Assembly (NCBI GenBank): GCA_963796955.1
Contig: CAWCNJ010000011.1
Coordinates: 1 to 64,000 of the forward strand
Length of the DNA: 64,000 nt
Reading direction: 5' to 3'
Origin: Endomicrobiales bacterium
Lineage (GTDB): Bacteria; Elusimicrobiota; Endomicrobiia; Endomicrobiales; JALOBY01
Under the pieces are notes generated by a model. It was not told the origin of the DNA. It saw only the letters and a list, made by a program, of their open reading frames with translations, and made no database searches. Numbering within the stretch: the first letter of the stretch is position 1; each line of letters starts with the position of its first letter. A program made the position numbers and the translations under genes. Shown piece after piece: positions 1-9,075 of this stretch.

Positions 1-376
1 CCGTCCCCTATTGCCTTAAAAATGATACACCATTTGAGTTTAGACGATTTAACGTTCCGGTGGAAGATCCCGACTTAAACAACGTAAGGGCTTAAATTGA
101 CCCTGTCCGGGACATTTGGGACTTCACCGGAACATAAACTTCGAATAAAGTATGTTCAGCGTACAGCTCGTCTGTAACGCAGAATGCTAACAACGATTGA
201 TGCTATGTTCAACAAAAGGTGAAGGCCATCGGTGCATTAAAACGTATTTTTTTAGTGGGTCAAATACCCAGCAGGGGACGTCTGTCCTTGACAACTGATT
301 ATAGTATGGCCCCCATCCTTTTCTTGACAACTTCCTCAATAGGAGACCTCGTCGCCGTTCTGTGACCCCAGCCTCT

Positions 377-934
377 CTACTTACCCGTGAGAAGAAATAT
401 TTTAGTATCAGAAAAGCGATATATTACTTTATTATAATTCTGCATGAAGTTTCGTATTATGCTATCAATGAAGTTGATTAATACGACCTTATCCTTATCG
501 CTTCTTGTTAATTCGAGATATATTTTTCCTAACATAGGATTAGCATAACAAATATACCTCATTCGACACATTTTCTCAAAATCGGTGCTATGTATATTAA
601 GATATACTAATATACTGTCGATCAATTTCACAATATATTCGTTTTTTTCAGAAATAATAGTGTCAGAAACAATTTTTAGGCTATTCAACTGACCAACAAT
701 ATCCATTCTAGATGACACAATATTGTTAAGATCTTGGGAAACCCGATTGCATAAATCTCTTGAAACGCCTAAGGATTCAATTTCATTTTGATAGGAATGA
801 AAACTAGACAAATAATTCCTGTGAAGAACACAAAATTGCTCAAGCAATGGCAGCACAGCATTATCGAGGACAAGCCTACGATTCGAGTCACGCTTTTCTA
901 GCAACTGAATTATTAGGTCACAAAGCGTTTTCAT
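377..934 (-). CDS. Hypothetical protein (185 aa, AT-rich, probably helical), last gene of the defence-island run
   Basis: Long ORF with SD AGGAG 4 nt before ATG; no motif recognised. Confidence 0.7.
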   Translation of the reverse strand: MKTLCDLIIQLLEKRDSNRRLVLDNAVLPLLEQFCVLHRNYLSSFHSYQNEIESLGVSRDLCNRVSQDLNNIVSSRMDIVGQLNSLKIVSDTIISEKNEYIVKLIDSILVYLNIHSTDFEKMCRMRYICYANPMLGKIYLELTRSDKDKVVLINFIDSIIRNFMQNYNKVIYRFSDTKIFLLTGK

Positions 935-974
935 CGATCTCCTGAATAAGTTAAGCTGAACCTAGCCTGCTTTC

Positions 975-1387
975 TCAAAAACTCCATATATTCTCATAAG
1001 CAATCTTACAGAAATACTTCTGTCTTTGTATTATTTCACTCTCTCCCCACTTGAACTGATTAGCTTGCAGTTGTTTAACGATATCAATTGTAATAGGAAG
1101 ACTTGACTTCTTCAGCTCAGTCATCTTTTCTGAAATCAACTTATTTTGGAGTCTTGAATTTATCTTTTCGTCGATTAACGTAAGATTTCCTAATTTATTT
1201 ACATATGGTTTGATATCCTTCTTTAGAAGACACCAAGCCTTATCAGGACTTTGTGGCAAAAGATGCTCTATATTTACATTATTGAAATTAATTTTCGTTT
1301 CGTTAGTTGGCCCATAGTGAGTGTTGATTTTGTCTAAAATATACTTTATAAGTTTTCGATTTTTTTCTGAGTTTTTGTATGTTACCT
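975..1387 (-). pseudogene. 3' remnant of a GmrSD-like (DUF262-DUF1524) nuclease; HNH/DUF1524 domain only, 5' part lost at the IS end
   Basis: NIEHLLPQ...NKLGNLTLIDEKINSRLQN is the DUF1524 HNH signature; reading frame runs straight into the IS terminal repeat at 1388. Confidence 0.75.
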
Positions 1388-1392
1388 TGGAC

Positions 1393-2220
1393 TTAACCCG
1401 TTTTTGTGGACACAAGAGCGGGTAATTTTGCCTCGAACTGTGTGGGGCTAAGATACCCCAACGTTGAGTGCATTCTCTTGCGATTATAAAATATTTCGAT
1501 GTACTCAAACAACTGTGCTCTCGCTTCTTCGCGAGAATTGAATCTGGCGTCGTTTTGTAATTCGTACTTCAATGTCTTGAAGAAGCTCTCTGCAACAGCG
1601 TTGTCCCAGCAATTTCCTTTGCGGCTCATGCTCATCTGAATGTTATGCTCTTTTAATCTAGCCTGAAACGCATAGCTCTTATACTGGCTACCCTGGTCCG
1701 AGTGATGAATCAACGGCCCCGTCGGTCTGCGACTCTCAATGGCCATTTCCAGGGCATTCACTATAAGGCGCTCCGTCATCTGGCCGTGAATGGCCCAACC
1801 AACGACCCTGCGCGAATAAAGGTCTAGCACAACCGCCAGATGAACCCATCCGGAACCTGTCCAGAACGTCGTCATGTCTGCGACCCAGACCCGGTTTGGT
1901 TCAGGAACATTGAACTGTTGTTGCACCAGGTTGTCAGCTGCTATAGCTGTCTTAAACACTCGTTTCCATCGCATACGGCGATGTGGCGCTGCAACGATAC
2001 CGTTCTTTCTCATCAGTCTTGCTACGCGCTTTCGTCCCAGCTTTAAACCTTCGGACTTCAGCGCTTCATGAATTCGGGGAGCTCCGTATACTTTCCGGTT
2101 TTTATCATAAATGCCCCGAATTTTGCTCAGTAATACGGTGTCTGTCCGGCTATGCTTGCTTTGACCGCGCGATTTCCATGCATAATATCCGGATCTGGAA
2201 ACCGACAGAACATCGCACAT
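1393..2220 (-). CDS. IS3 transposase OrfB (DDE/rve integrase core), expressed as an OrfAB fusion
   Basis: WVADMT, VLDLYSRRVVGW, HSDQGSQY, SRKGNCWDNAVAESFF motifs; frame stays open upstream to the slippery site (RFRFIREHERDFRIAT-MCD). Confidence 0.95.
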   Translation of the reverse strand: MCDVLSVSRSGYYAWKSRGQSKHSRTDTVLLSKIRGIYDKNRKVYGAPRIHEALKSEGLKLGRKRVARLMRKNGIVAAPHRRMRWKRVFKTAIAADNLVQQQFNVPEPNRVWVADMTTFWTGSGWVHLAVVLDLYSRRVVGWAIHGQMTERLIVNALEMAIESRRPTGPLIHHSDQGSQYKSYAFQARLKEHNIQMSMSRKGNCWDNAVAESFFKTLKYELQNDARFNSREEARAQLFEYIEIFYNRKRMHSTLGYLSPTQFEAKLPALVSTKTG

Positions 2221-2225
2221 TGTTG

Positions 2226-2564
2226 CTATTCTGAAGTCCCGTTCGTGTTCCCTGATGAACCGGAATCGTTCAATGCGTCCTTGGCAAAGTAAATTAGGCT
2301 TTTTTTTAAAACGTCCCGCTCTTCGCGCAAGCGTTTGTTCTCTCGGCGAAGATCTTCTAGCTCTGTGTTGGGGGTGTTGTGGCCAACACCGGGAAATGCT
2401 TCAGTGGTTTTTTTATCAACCTCGGTTCGCCACTTGTAAAGATGATGTACGGGCAACTCAAGCTCGCGGGCTACTTCGGCAACACTTTTGCCGCTTACCT
2501 GCGTCCGGCGAACTGCTTCAAGCTTGAACTCCCGATTGTAACGCATCCGGTCTCTCTTTTGCAT
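2226..2564 (-). CDS. IS3 transposase OrfA (HTH)
   Basis: RYNREFKLEAV...VARELEL...LRRENKRLREERDVLKK, typical IS3 OrfA. Confidence 0.93.
   Translation of the reverse strand: MQKRDRMRYNREFKLEAVRRTQVSGKSVAEVARELELPVHHLYKWRTEVDKKTTEAFPGVGHNTPNTELEDLRRENKRLREERDVLKKSLIYFAKDALNDSGSSGNTNGTSE
2299..2307 (-). other. -1 programmed ribosomal frameshift site (A8G) joining OrfA to OrfB
   Basis: Minus strand TTA AAA AAA AGC; a -1 shift gives an open frame KPNLLCQGRIERFRFIREH... continuing into OrfB. Confidence 0.85.
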
Positions 2565-2627
2565 CGGACACCTCCAGGGTCTTCATATTATACCCTTTTC
2601 TGTGTCCACTAAACCGGGGCAAGTCCA

Positions 2628-3726
2628 AAATCTCCCCCTCCTTGTTGTGTACCAATGCATTCCGTATATGATAAATTCTTTTCGCTATTGAAAACAGCAA
2701 CTGATCATCGCTCATATCAACCTTGAATCCATCACCAAAAAGAATCTGGTCACAACTGTAGTGTTTACCTTGATCGGATTCAAACTGCTCAATCCATATC
2801 CTCATATCGGCTTTATCAATATAATGTGAAAGTACGGTTTGCAACATTTTACACTCATCCATCTTTTGATCATATTTGCGTATAACGCTAACCAAATCTC
2901 TAAGCTTCCCAGCCTTGGTATGGTGAAAATCCGGTTGAATAAGCTTTTCCTTGACACGTTGATGCAAATCCTGCTCGGACGAAGATGTAAAAAAGAACTC
3001 TAGAATTTTATACAAGGCTAAATAAGAAAGTATCAGACTCTCGCTACCCATAGCCAAATGGTAAAATGCTGTTAACTCACTATTGTATAAACGTAATGGA
3101 AACTGCGCTGCTTCGTGACGTTTGTTTCTCAGCCAGTAATATGACCGTTCCCATGACTGCGATAGACCTATGCTAGTTCCAGAACTATATGCGAGATTAA
3201 ACAGACCTGATTCACAACACCTTAAGAGATATTTCTGATCACAAGAATATGGCACATCAGGAGATGTTGTAATCCTTACAGATCGTATTCGGAACATATT
3301 CCCCAATCCAGGTTTGCTTTTCTCACCCCTTGGAGAATATCCTGGACGGATATATCTTCTAATGTTGAATGGAACATCATCTCTATCAATTAGATTGAGA
3401 CAAAACAGTGACGTAATATAACCCACTGAAATATTCGTCACACCATCATGGCTTTTAAGCTCTATCAAGTCATTGTCATAAAAAAGTCGAGAGCTCCGCA
3501 TAGTGCCGACCGTGACCGCCTGCTCATAGTATGTCGGGAAATATACTGACGTTTCTAAAGGGTTTTTTAGCTGTGTTTTAACAGACAAATATTCTTCAAC
3601 ATCTTTAATGCTCAAATAATATAAATCTTGAAATGCCTTGATCGTAAAAAAACCATTCTTCTTGGCAATTACACTACAATTTGGAAACCGCCTGAAGATA
3701 TCCCTAACCGTACTTAAATTCACCAT
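2628..3726 (-). pseudogene. HEPN-domain protein (putative RNase effector), C-terminus truncated by the IS3 element
   Basis: YLALYKILEFFF helix and RNALVH (Rx4H) motif; codons after HNKEGEI come from IS sequence. Confidence 0.7.
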
Positions 3727-3778
3727 ATCAACCCCTTGTTCAACGCATATTCAATAGGATTCCATCAAACCAACACGA

Positions 3779-4381
3779 CTATAAGAATGTATGCAGATAC
3801 TCGACCAATTCATATACATTTGTAGAAGGATTGGCATCGTAAACGTGCAAACCTTTATGCCATGATCGCAGCATTTTAGCATTATTAATTGCGACACATT
3901 GTCTATTCTGCAGTACATCGTACATTTCTTTCGTGTTCTTCTCATATTTTTTATTAATGTACTTGTTCAGCTTCGCAATATACTGTTTTCGAGGGATGGC
4001 AGATTTTAGATACTCGAAATGAAGAAGATACCACAACTCAAATGATTCAACAGAATATGCGACTTTAATTCCTTTGGAATCAGCCAATTCAAATGCTCGA
4101 CAGAAGTTAGCTTTTGGAAAATCATCCCTGTCAAATACACACCAGACTGATATGTATGGCGAATGCTTCCTTGCGGCCTCTTCTTTCAAGGCTATTGCCC
4201 GTTCAACAAGACTATCGGTGTTGCAACCAAGTCCTTCTGTTTCAATTCGAATACTATCATGCACCGGGAAAGACTTGAAATAGTTCGGCGATGTTTTTTC
4301 ATCTTCGCACACTATCAAGATCACACGTTGATTATGGATGTCTACCCGGCGGAAAAATGGATTATGTCTTTTTCTTTCCAC
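3779..4381 (-). CDS. rloB: RloB family protein (TOPRIM-like, AbiLii-type)
   Basis: ILIVCEDEKTSPNYF, VWCVFDRD, SVESFELWYLLHF, NPST motifs; likely GTG start at 4381 overlapping the rloA end. Confidence 0.88.
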   Translation of the reverse strand: MERKRHNPFFRRVDIHNQRVILIVCEDEKTSPNYFKSFPVHDSIRIETEGLGCNTDSLVERAIALKEEAARKHSPYISVWCVFDRDDFPKANFCRAFELADSKGIKVAYSVESFELWYLLHFEYLKSAIPRKQYIAKLNKYINKKYEKNTKEMYDVLQNRQCVAINNAKMLRSWHKGLHVYDANPSTNVYELVEYLHTFL

Positions 4382-5657
4382 TATTTTTCCCAAACAAAGA
4401 TTTTGGTTCAGCGAAAGACGGGATGGCTCCATATTTACCCAGCATATAATCTTTAGCATATGATGCATCGTTGCGCGGTTTGTTTTTGTATTCAACCAGA
4501 GAGAACAACTGTGTCGCACCATTACTATCTTTCTCAGTAAAATATATTTGATCCCGGCGCAGGAATTCTTTGTCCAGTAAACCGACGTTGTGTGTAGTAA
4601 AGATTAACTGTGCATTCTTCGGATTGGTTTCCGGAGAATGGAACAATTTAAGAATGTATTGAACAAGCAATGGGTGCAGATGTGTTTCAATCTCGTCAAG
4701 AACAACAATTTCACCGTTCCGAAGATTTTCCATTATTGGCACAGAAAGTGCGAACATCTTTTGAGTACCTTCCGATTCCTCATGCAGATCGAAATACGTC
4801 ACATCATTGGAATGCCCGTTCTTTTTATGAGCGAATAGAATCTCGAAATCACCGTCTTTAATTAGTTTTTGTTTGACATCCTCTGGCATATTTTTTGGTA
4901 GCTTTTCCGGAATAATGGTATAGCGACGCAGTTTTACTTCTTGAATTCCCGGGTCCGCATTCGCAATGAACCGAGTAATTTCAGGCAACAGCTTTTCATC
5001 TTCCAGGAGTTTTCTAATCGTATATTCCTCAAATGGCATCCGTTCTGTCGTAGCCATAGCATGGAAATATTTGAACCACAGGATTATTTCCGTTGCAAGG
5101 GTAACATTAAACTGAGCGGCAACCGACAGGAACAAAGCATTGTCTCGCGCTCTAGCCTTTTCCACCAAGCCCCTCGCCTGCTTGAAGTGGCTACCAATCT
5201 GAAATTCAAGCCCCACTCTATCAAAAAGCATCACTTCCCTCGAACGTTCCGTATCAGGTGTATAATAGAGCCATTCTTTCTCAACAGCTAAGGATGTTAC
5301 AGAAAAACCATATCGATAAAACACACCTTTAATAAGGAATGAAATTTCAAATACACTTGGCTTATTCTCACATTCCGCATCAAGCTTAAACGGGCTAATA
5401 CCCATAATCGGATCGCCAGCCTGCATTTTTGTTGCCGAACGCATAACAAAGTATCTCAAAAACGACATCGCTCTTATCAGATTAGACTTCCCACTTGCAT
5501 TTGCCCCGTAAATTGCTCCGCACCTTAGAAGCCTGCCATATTTTTTACCGGCATCAAATACATGGTCTTCATGCTCACTAATAGATGCAGCCGAAAGATT
5601 TAATACTACCTCGTCTTTAATTGATCTGTAGTTACTAACCGAAAACTGGACAAGCAT
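4362..5657 (-). CDS. rloA: RloA/AbiLi-type AAA_21 ATPase
   Basis: MLVQFSVSNYRSIK, Walker A GANASGKSN, ESEGTQK signature, Walker B VVLDEIE, QLIFTTH, C-terminal YMLGKYGAIP. Confidence 0.9.
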   Translation of the reverse strand: MLVQFSVSNYRSIKDEVVLNLSAASISEHEDHVFDAGKKYGRLLRCGAIYGANASGKSNLIRAMSFLRYFVMRSATKMQAGDPIMGISPFKLDAECENKPSVFEISFLIKGVFYRYGFSVTSLAVEKEWLYYTPDTERSREVMLFDRVGLEFQIGSHFKQARGLVEKARARDNALFLSVAAQFNVTLATEIILWFKYFHAMATTERMPFEEYTIRKLLEDEKLLPEITRFIANADPGIQEVKLRRYTIIPEKLPKNMPEDVKQKLIKDGDFEILFAHKKNGHSNDVTYFDLHEESEGTQKMFALSVPIMENLRNGEIVVLDEIETHLHPLLVQYILKLFHSPETNPKNAQLIFTTHNVGLLDKEFLRRDQIYFTEKDSNGATQLFSLVEYKNKPRNDASYAKDYMLGKYGAIPSFAEPKSLFGKNSGKKKT

Positions 5658-5675
5658 TTTAATCTCCAATAATTA

Positions 5676-5766
5676 AAATATGAGAAATTTGCTCATATTT
5701 AATATTTACAAACACATAATACATCATATTTATAAACGTGTCAACAATTTTTGAGAACATTTCTCG
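5676..5766 (-). promoter_or_regulatory. Sigma70-type promoter of rloA flanked by two GAG-N7-CTC palindromes
   Basis: TTGACA (5744-5739), 17 nt, TATTAT (5721-5716); inverted repeats at 5676-5700 and 5752-5766. Confidence 0.6.
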
Positions 5767-5788
5767 AATTTTATCAACTCAACCATGT

Positions 5789-6475
5789 TTAACGGTTTGT
5801 GAGGCTGAGAAAATTCTTTACAAACTGGCGGGCTTGGATCACTGAATCGGGGAATAGTCTGGTCGTATCTGTAAGGATGGTTTGATATTTGCCCCGGTCA
5901 TCAGGTGATAACTCGCTGAACCATGACCGTATCATCTCCTCGGTCATTTCAATGTGGAATTGGAGGGCATAGGCGTTATTGCCGATGCGGAATGCCTGGT
6001 TGCAGACCGGGGAGGAAGCAAGCAGAACGGCATTTTGCGGCAGGGCGAATTGGTCGCCGTGCCATTGGAAAACGGTTACGGGGTTTTTGAGGTCATGGAA
6101 CAGGGGATCTTTGAGCCCATCGGCCGTAAGAGTTACCGTATCCCAACCGATCTCGGAGCGCGGGGCCCGGGTTACAGGGCCACCCGCGGCTTTTGCTATC
6201 AGCTGGCCGCCGAGGCAAATACCAAGTAACGGCACGTTCTCGCGCAGCGCCTGCTTTATAAAACGGTCTTCATCGGCAAGATACGGGAATTCTTTTTCCT
6301 GATACACATTCATGTACCCGCCCATGATAACCGCCGCTTCGACAGATCCCAGAGAGGCAGGCAGTGTTTCTCCCAGATGTAAAGAAACAACGCGCAGCTC
6401 TTTGCCGGAATCAGCAAAGAGCTGCGCCATTAAACCCGGTCCTTCAGATGGTGTGTGAGTTATTACTAAGATCAA
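5789..6475 (-). CDS. Type 1 glutamine amidotransferase-like protein
   Basis: LGICLGGQL nucleophile elbow, FQWHGD, ALQFHIE; TTG start overlaps the glnK stop (TTGA). Confidence 0.88.
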   Translation of the reverse strand: MILVITHTPSEGPGLMAQLFADSGKELRVVSLHLGETLPASLGSVEAAVIMGGYMNVYQEKEFPYLADEDRFIKQALRENVPLLGICLGGQLIAKAAGGPVTRAPRSEIGWDTVTLTADGLKDPLFHDLKNPVTVFQWHGDQFALPQNAVLLASSPVCNQAFRIGNNAYALQFHIEMTEEMIRSWFSELSPDDRGKYQTILTDTTRLFPDSVIQARQFVKNFLSLTNR

Positions 6476-6813
6476 CCGATCGCCTTTGAACCTGTTTCGC
6501 CGGTGCGGATGCGGATGCATTCATGAAGGTCGGTGACGAATATTTTGCCGTCGCCTACTTCTCCGGTGCGGGCGCCTTTAATGATGGCGTCTATCGTGGT
6601 CTTTACGAATTCTTCGTTCACCGCGATAGTGACCTGCACTTTGCGCAACAGGTTGCCGCTTTCTTTTACGCCGCGATACACCTCTGTCACGCCCATCTGG
6701 CGGCCGTGGCCCAGAACTTCGGTGACGGTTATAAGATTTACCTCTGCTTTATACAGTTCTGCCTTTACTTCTTCCAGTTTGTACGGCTGAATGATAGCAG
6801 TAATTAGTTTCAT
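6472..6813 (-). CDS. glnK: P-II nitrogen regulator
   Basis: [20 protein letters not shown]-loop, [18 protein letters not shown]; directly downstream of amtB. Confidence 0.95.
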   Translation of the reverse strand: MKLITAIIQPYKLEEVKAELYKAEVNLITVTEVLGHGRQMGVTEVYRGVKESGNLLRKVQVTIAVNEEFVKTTIDAIIKGARTGEVGDGKIFVTDLHECIRIRTGETGSKAIG

Positions 6814-6822
6814 GTTTTCCCC

Positions 6823-8052
6823 TTATTCTAGTACGGTGTAGCCGGCTTCGCGGTGCTGGGTAAGGTCCAGACCCATAACTTCTTCTTTTTCGCTCACCCG
6901 CATGCCTATGAGCATATCGACTACCTTATATATTACAAATGTTACCGCTATGGTGTAAACAACTGTAGCTGCAACACCGATGAGCTGAATAAGGAGTTGT
7001 TTAGGGTTGCCGTGCAGCAGGCCGTTCGCGCCTGCCGCGTTTACCGCCGTGGTCGCGAATACACCGGCAAGCAGCGTGCCCAAAATGCCGCCCACGCCGT
7101 GCACGCCGAACGCGTCAAGGGAATCGTCATAACCGAGCTTGGGTTTTATTATGCCAACCGTAAAGAAGCAAACCGCGCTTGCTGTCGCGCCGATTATCGC
7201 GCCGGCGAAAGGTGTTACAAAACCGGAGGCCGGGGTGACGGTCGCAAGGCCCGCGATGGAGCCGGTGATTATACCGAAGGTTGTCGGTTTTCCGTTGTGC
7301 CACCATTCAAGCAGCGGCCACATAAGGCCGGCGGCGGCAGCGGCCGCGTTCGTTGCTACGAACGTGCTTACAGCAACGCCGTTGGCGGCTAACGCGGATC
7401 CTGCGTTAAAACCGAACCAGCCGAACCATAAAAGTGCGCCGCCAAGAACGGTAAAAGGAAGATTGTGCGGGGCAATGGGCTGGTTGGCGTAACCTTTTCT
7501 ATTACCGATAAGCAGGGCTGTTACAATGGCAGCGATCCCGGCCGTCGTGTGCACCACAATGCCGCCGGCAAAATCCAATATGCCCATTTCTTTAAGCCAG
7601 CCGCCCTGTCCCCAGACCCAGTGGCAGACGGGATTATACACCAGCGTCGCCCATAAAAGAGAAAAAATAAGGAAGGCTGAGAATTTCATACGTTCGGCGA
7701 AAGCGCCGATGATAAGGGCGGGGGTGATAACCGCGAACATCATCTGGAAAACCATGAAGGCCTGATGCGGAATGGTTGCAGCGTAGGCAGCGTAGGGTTC
7801 TGAACCGACCCCGAACAGACCGGCCCATTGAAGGCCGCCTATAAAACCGTTGCCGGGGGCAAAAGAAAGACTGTAGCCGAACAACATCCATTGCAAACTA
7901 AGGACGCACAACATCGCAAAACACTGCATCAAAATGCCGAGAACATTCTTTCTGCGAACCATGCCGCCGTAAAAAAAGGCAAGGCCCGGCGTCATTAACA
8001 TAACCAACCCTGTTGAGATCAATACAAAAGCGGTATCGCCTGCGTTTATCAT
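6823..8052 (-). CDS. amtB: Ammonium transporter
   Basis: DFAGGIVVH, LLWFGWFGFNAGS, YDDSLDAFGVHG; ATG at 8052 with SD AGGGAG. Confidence 0.97.
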   Translation of the reverse strand: MINAGDTAFVLISTGLVMLMTPGLAFFYGGMVRRKNVLGILMQCFAMLCVLSLQWMLFGYSLSFAPGNGFIGGLQWAGLFGVGSEPYAAYAATIPHQAFMVFQMMFAVITPALIIGAFAERMKFSAFLIFSLLWATLVYNPVCHWVWGQGGWLKEMGILDFAGGIVVHTTAGIAAIVTALLIGNRKGYANQPIAPHNLPFTVLGGALLWFGWFGFNAGSALAANGVAVSTFVATNAAAAAAGLMWPLLEWWHNGKPTTFGIITGSIAGLATVTPASGFVTPFAGAIIGATASAVCFFTVGIIKPKLGYDDSLDAFGVHGVGGILGTLLAGVFATTAVNAAGANGLLHGNPKQLLIQLIGVAATVVYTIAVTFVIYKVVDMLIGMRVSEKEEVMGLDLTQHREAGYTVLE

Positions 8053-8299
8053 CTCGTACTCCCTGCGCTTCAAAAATGTACGCAGGTATACGACACCGTT
8101 GTCTCAACTGTTGCTGGCCGGCATTATGCCGGACAACGACCATGCGCACCCTGCGCGATACACATGGGTTGATAAGAAAAGGGACAAAGCTGTCCCCCTC
8201 TCAGGAAACATCTTTGTCCCTGTATATTCCACGCCACAGTCACTGGGGCGCGCTTTCAGTTGTAGCCGAATAGTATCATTTTGAAGGCGAATGTGTCAA
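8053..8299 (-). promoter_or_regulatory. amtB promoter plus ~210-nt leader with intrinsic terminator and ANTAR-like hexaloop hairpins
   Basis: TTGACA-18-TACTAT (8299-8270); terminator GGGACAAAGATGT...ACAGCTTTGTCCC-TTTTCTT (8220-8174); hairpins GAC-AAAGAT-GTT and GAC-AACGGT-GTC. Confidence 0.6.
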
Positions 8300-9053
8300 C
8301 TGGCTTTTTGGTTGGGAATGAACGCCTTACGATGTTTTAAGCCGGAGCGGTGCAAGCTGTATCGGACAAGGGCACGGAGGGTTTCCAGTCCGTATTTGGT
8401 GCTGCGTATGAAATTAATGGAAGAAGCTTCATCAAAATATTTCGCCGGCACGGGAATATCGCCAATGCGCAGCTTCATGATGGCCGCCTGCACCAGTATG
8501 TCCTGATCGAACACAAAGTCGTCGGAATTAAGATCGAAGGGCATCATCTCAAGCGCCCGCCGGGAATAGGCGCGATAGCCCGAATGATATTCTCCGAGGT
8601 TAAGCCGAGGAAAAGATTCTCGATGACCGTCAGCATCCGGTTAAACACATATTTATAGAACGGCATGCCGCCGGCCAAAGCTTCGGAACGGGTGCGAATG
8701 CGGTTGGCAAGCACGATATCGCATATATCCTTATCTATCAGTTCAGCCATGATCGGCACCAGACGCGGATCATATTGATAATCGGGATGTACCATCACCA
8801 CGATATCAGCGCCGGACGCAAGGGCCGCATGGTAACAGGTCTTCTGGTTACCGCCGTAGCCTTTATTTTTTTCGTGCACGATCACCTTCAGGCCAAGGGT
8901 ACGGGCAAGATCGGCGGTGTGATCGCTGGAGGCATCGTCAACCAGAATTATTTCGTCGGCGGACCCTGCGGGAATGGCATCAAGGGTCTGCCGCAACGTT
9001 TTTTCCGCGTTATACGCAGGCATAACAACAACAACTTTGCTCTTACCCTTCAT
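8296..9053 (-). pseudogene. GT2 (DPM1-like) glycosyltransferase split by a 1-bp frameshift near 8602 (or a sequencing error)
   Basis: [24 protein letters not shown] in one frame; conserved [14 protein letters not shown]...NSDDFVFD continues in the other frame. Confidence 0.8.
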
Positions 9054-9075
9054 GACCAGTTCTCCAATCGCGGGT

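Larger units (their letters stand above)
1388..2627 (-). mobile_element. IS3-family insertion sequence, 1240 bp
   Basis: 27-bp terminal inverted repeats with TG...CA ends (1388-1414 TGGACTTAACCCGTTTTTGTGGACACA; reverse complement of 2601-2627 TGGACTTGCCCCGGTTTAGTGGACACA; 23/27 identical) enclosing orfA and orfB; no target-site duplication. Confidence 0.95.

Noticed and set aside
1388..1508. N-terminus of the 177-aa ORF 975..1508
   Set aside because: Lies inside the IS; only 975-1387 is host-derived
2518..2627. C-terminal tail of the 402-aa ORF (DLPRFSGH...)
   Set aside because: Read-through into the IS terminal repeat, not native sequence
377..5700. Integron cassette array
   Set aside because: No convincing attC (RYYYAAC...GTTRRRY) sites between genes and no integrase
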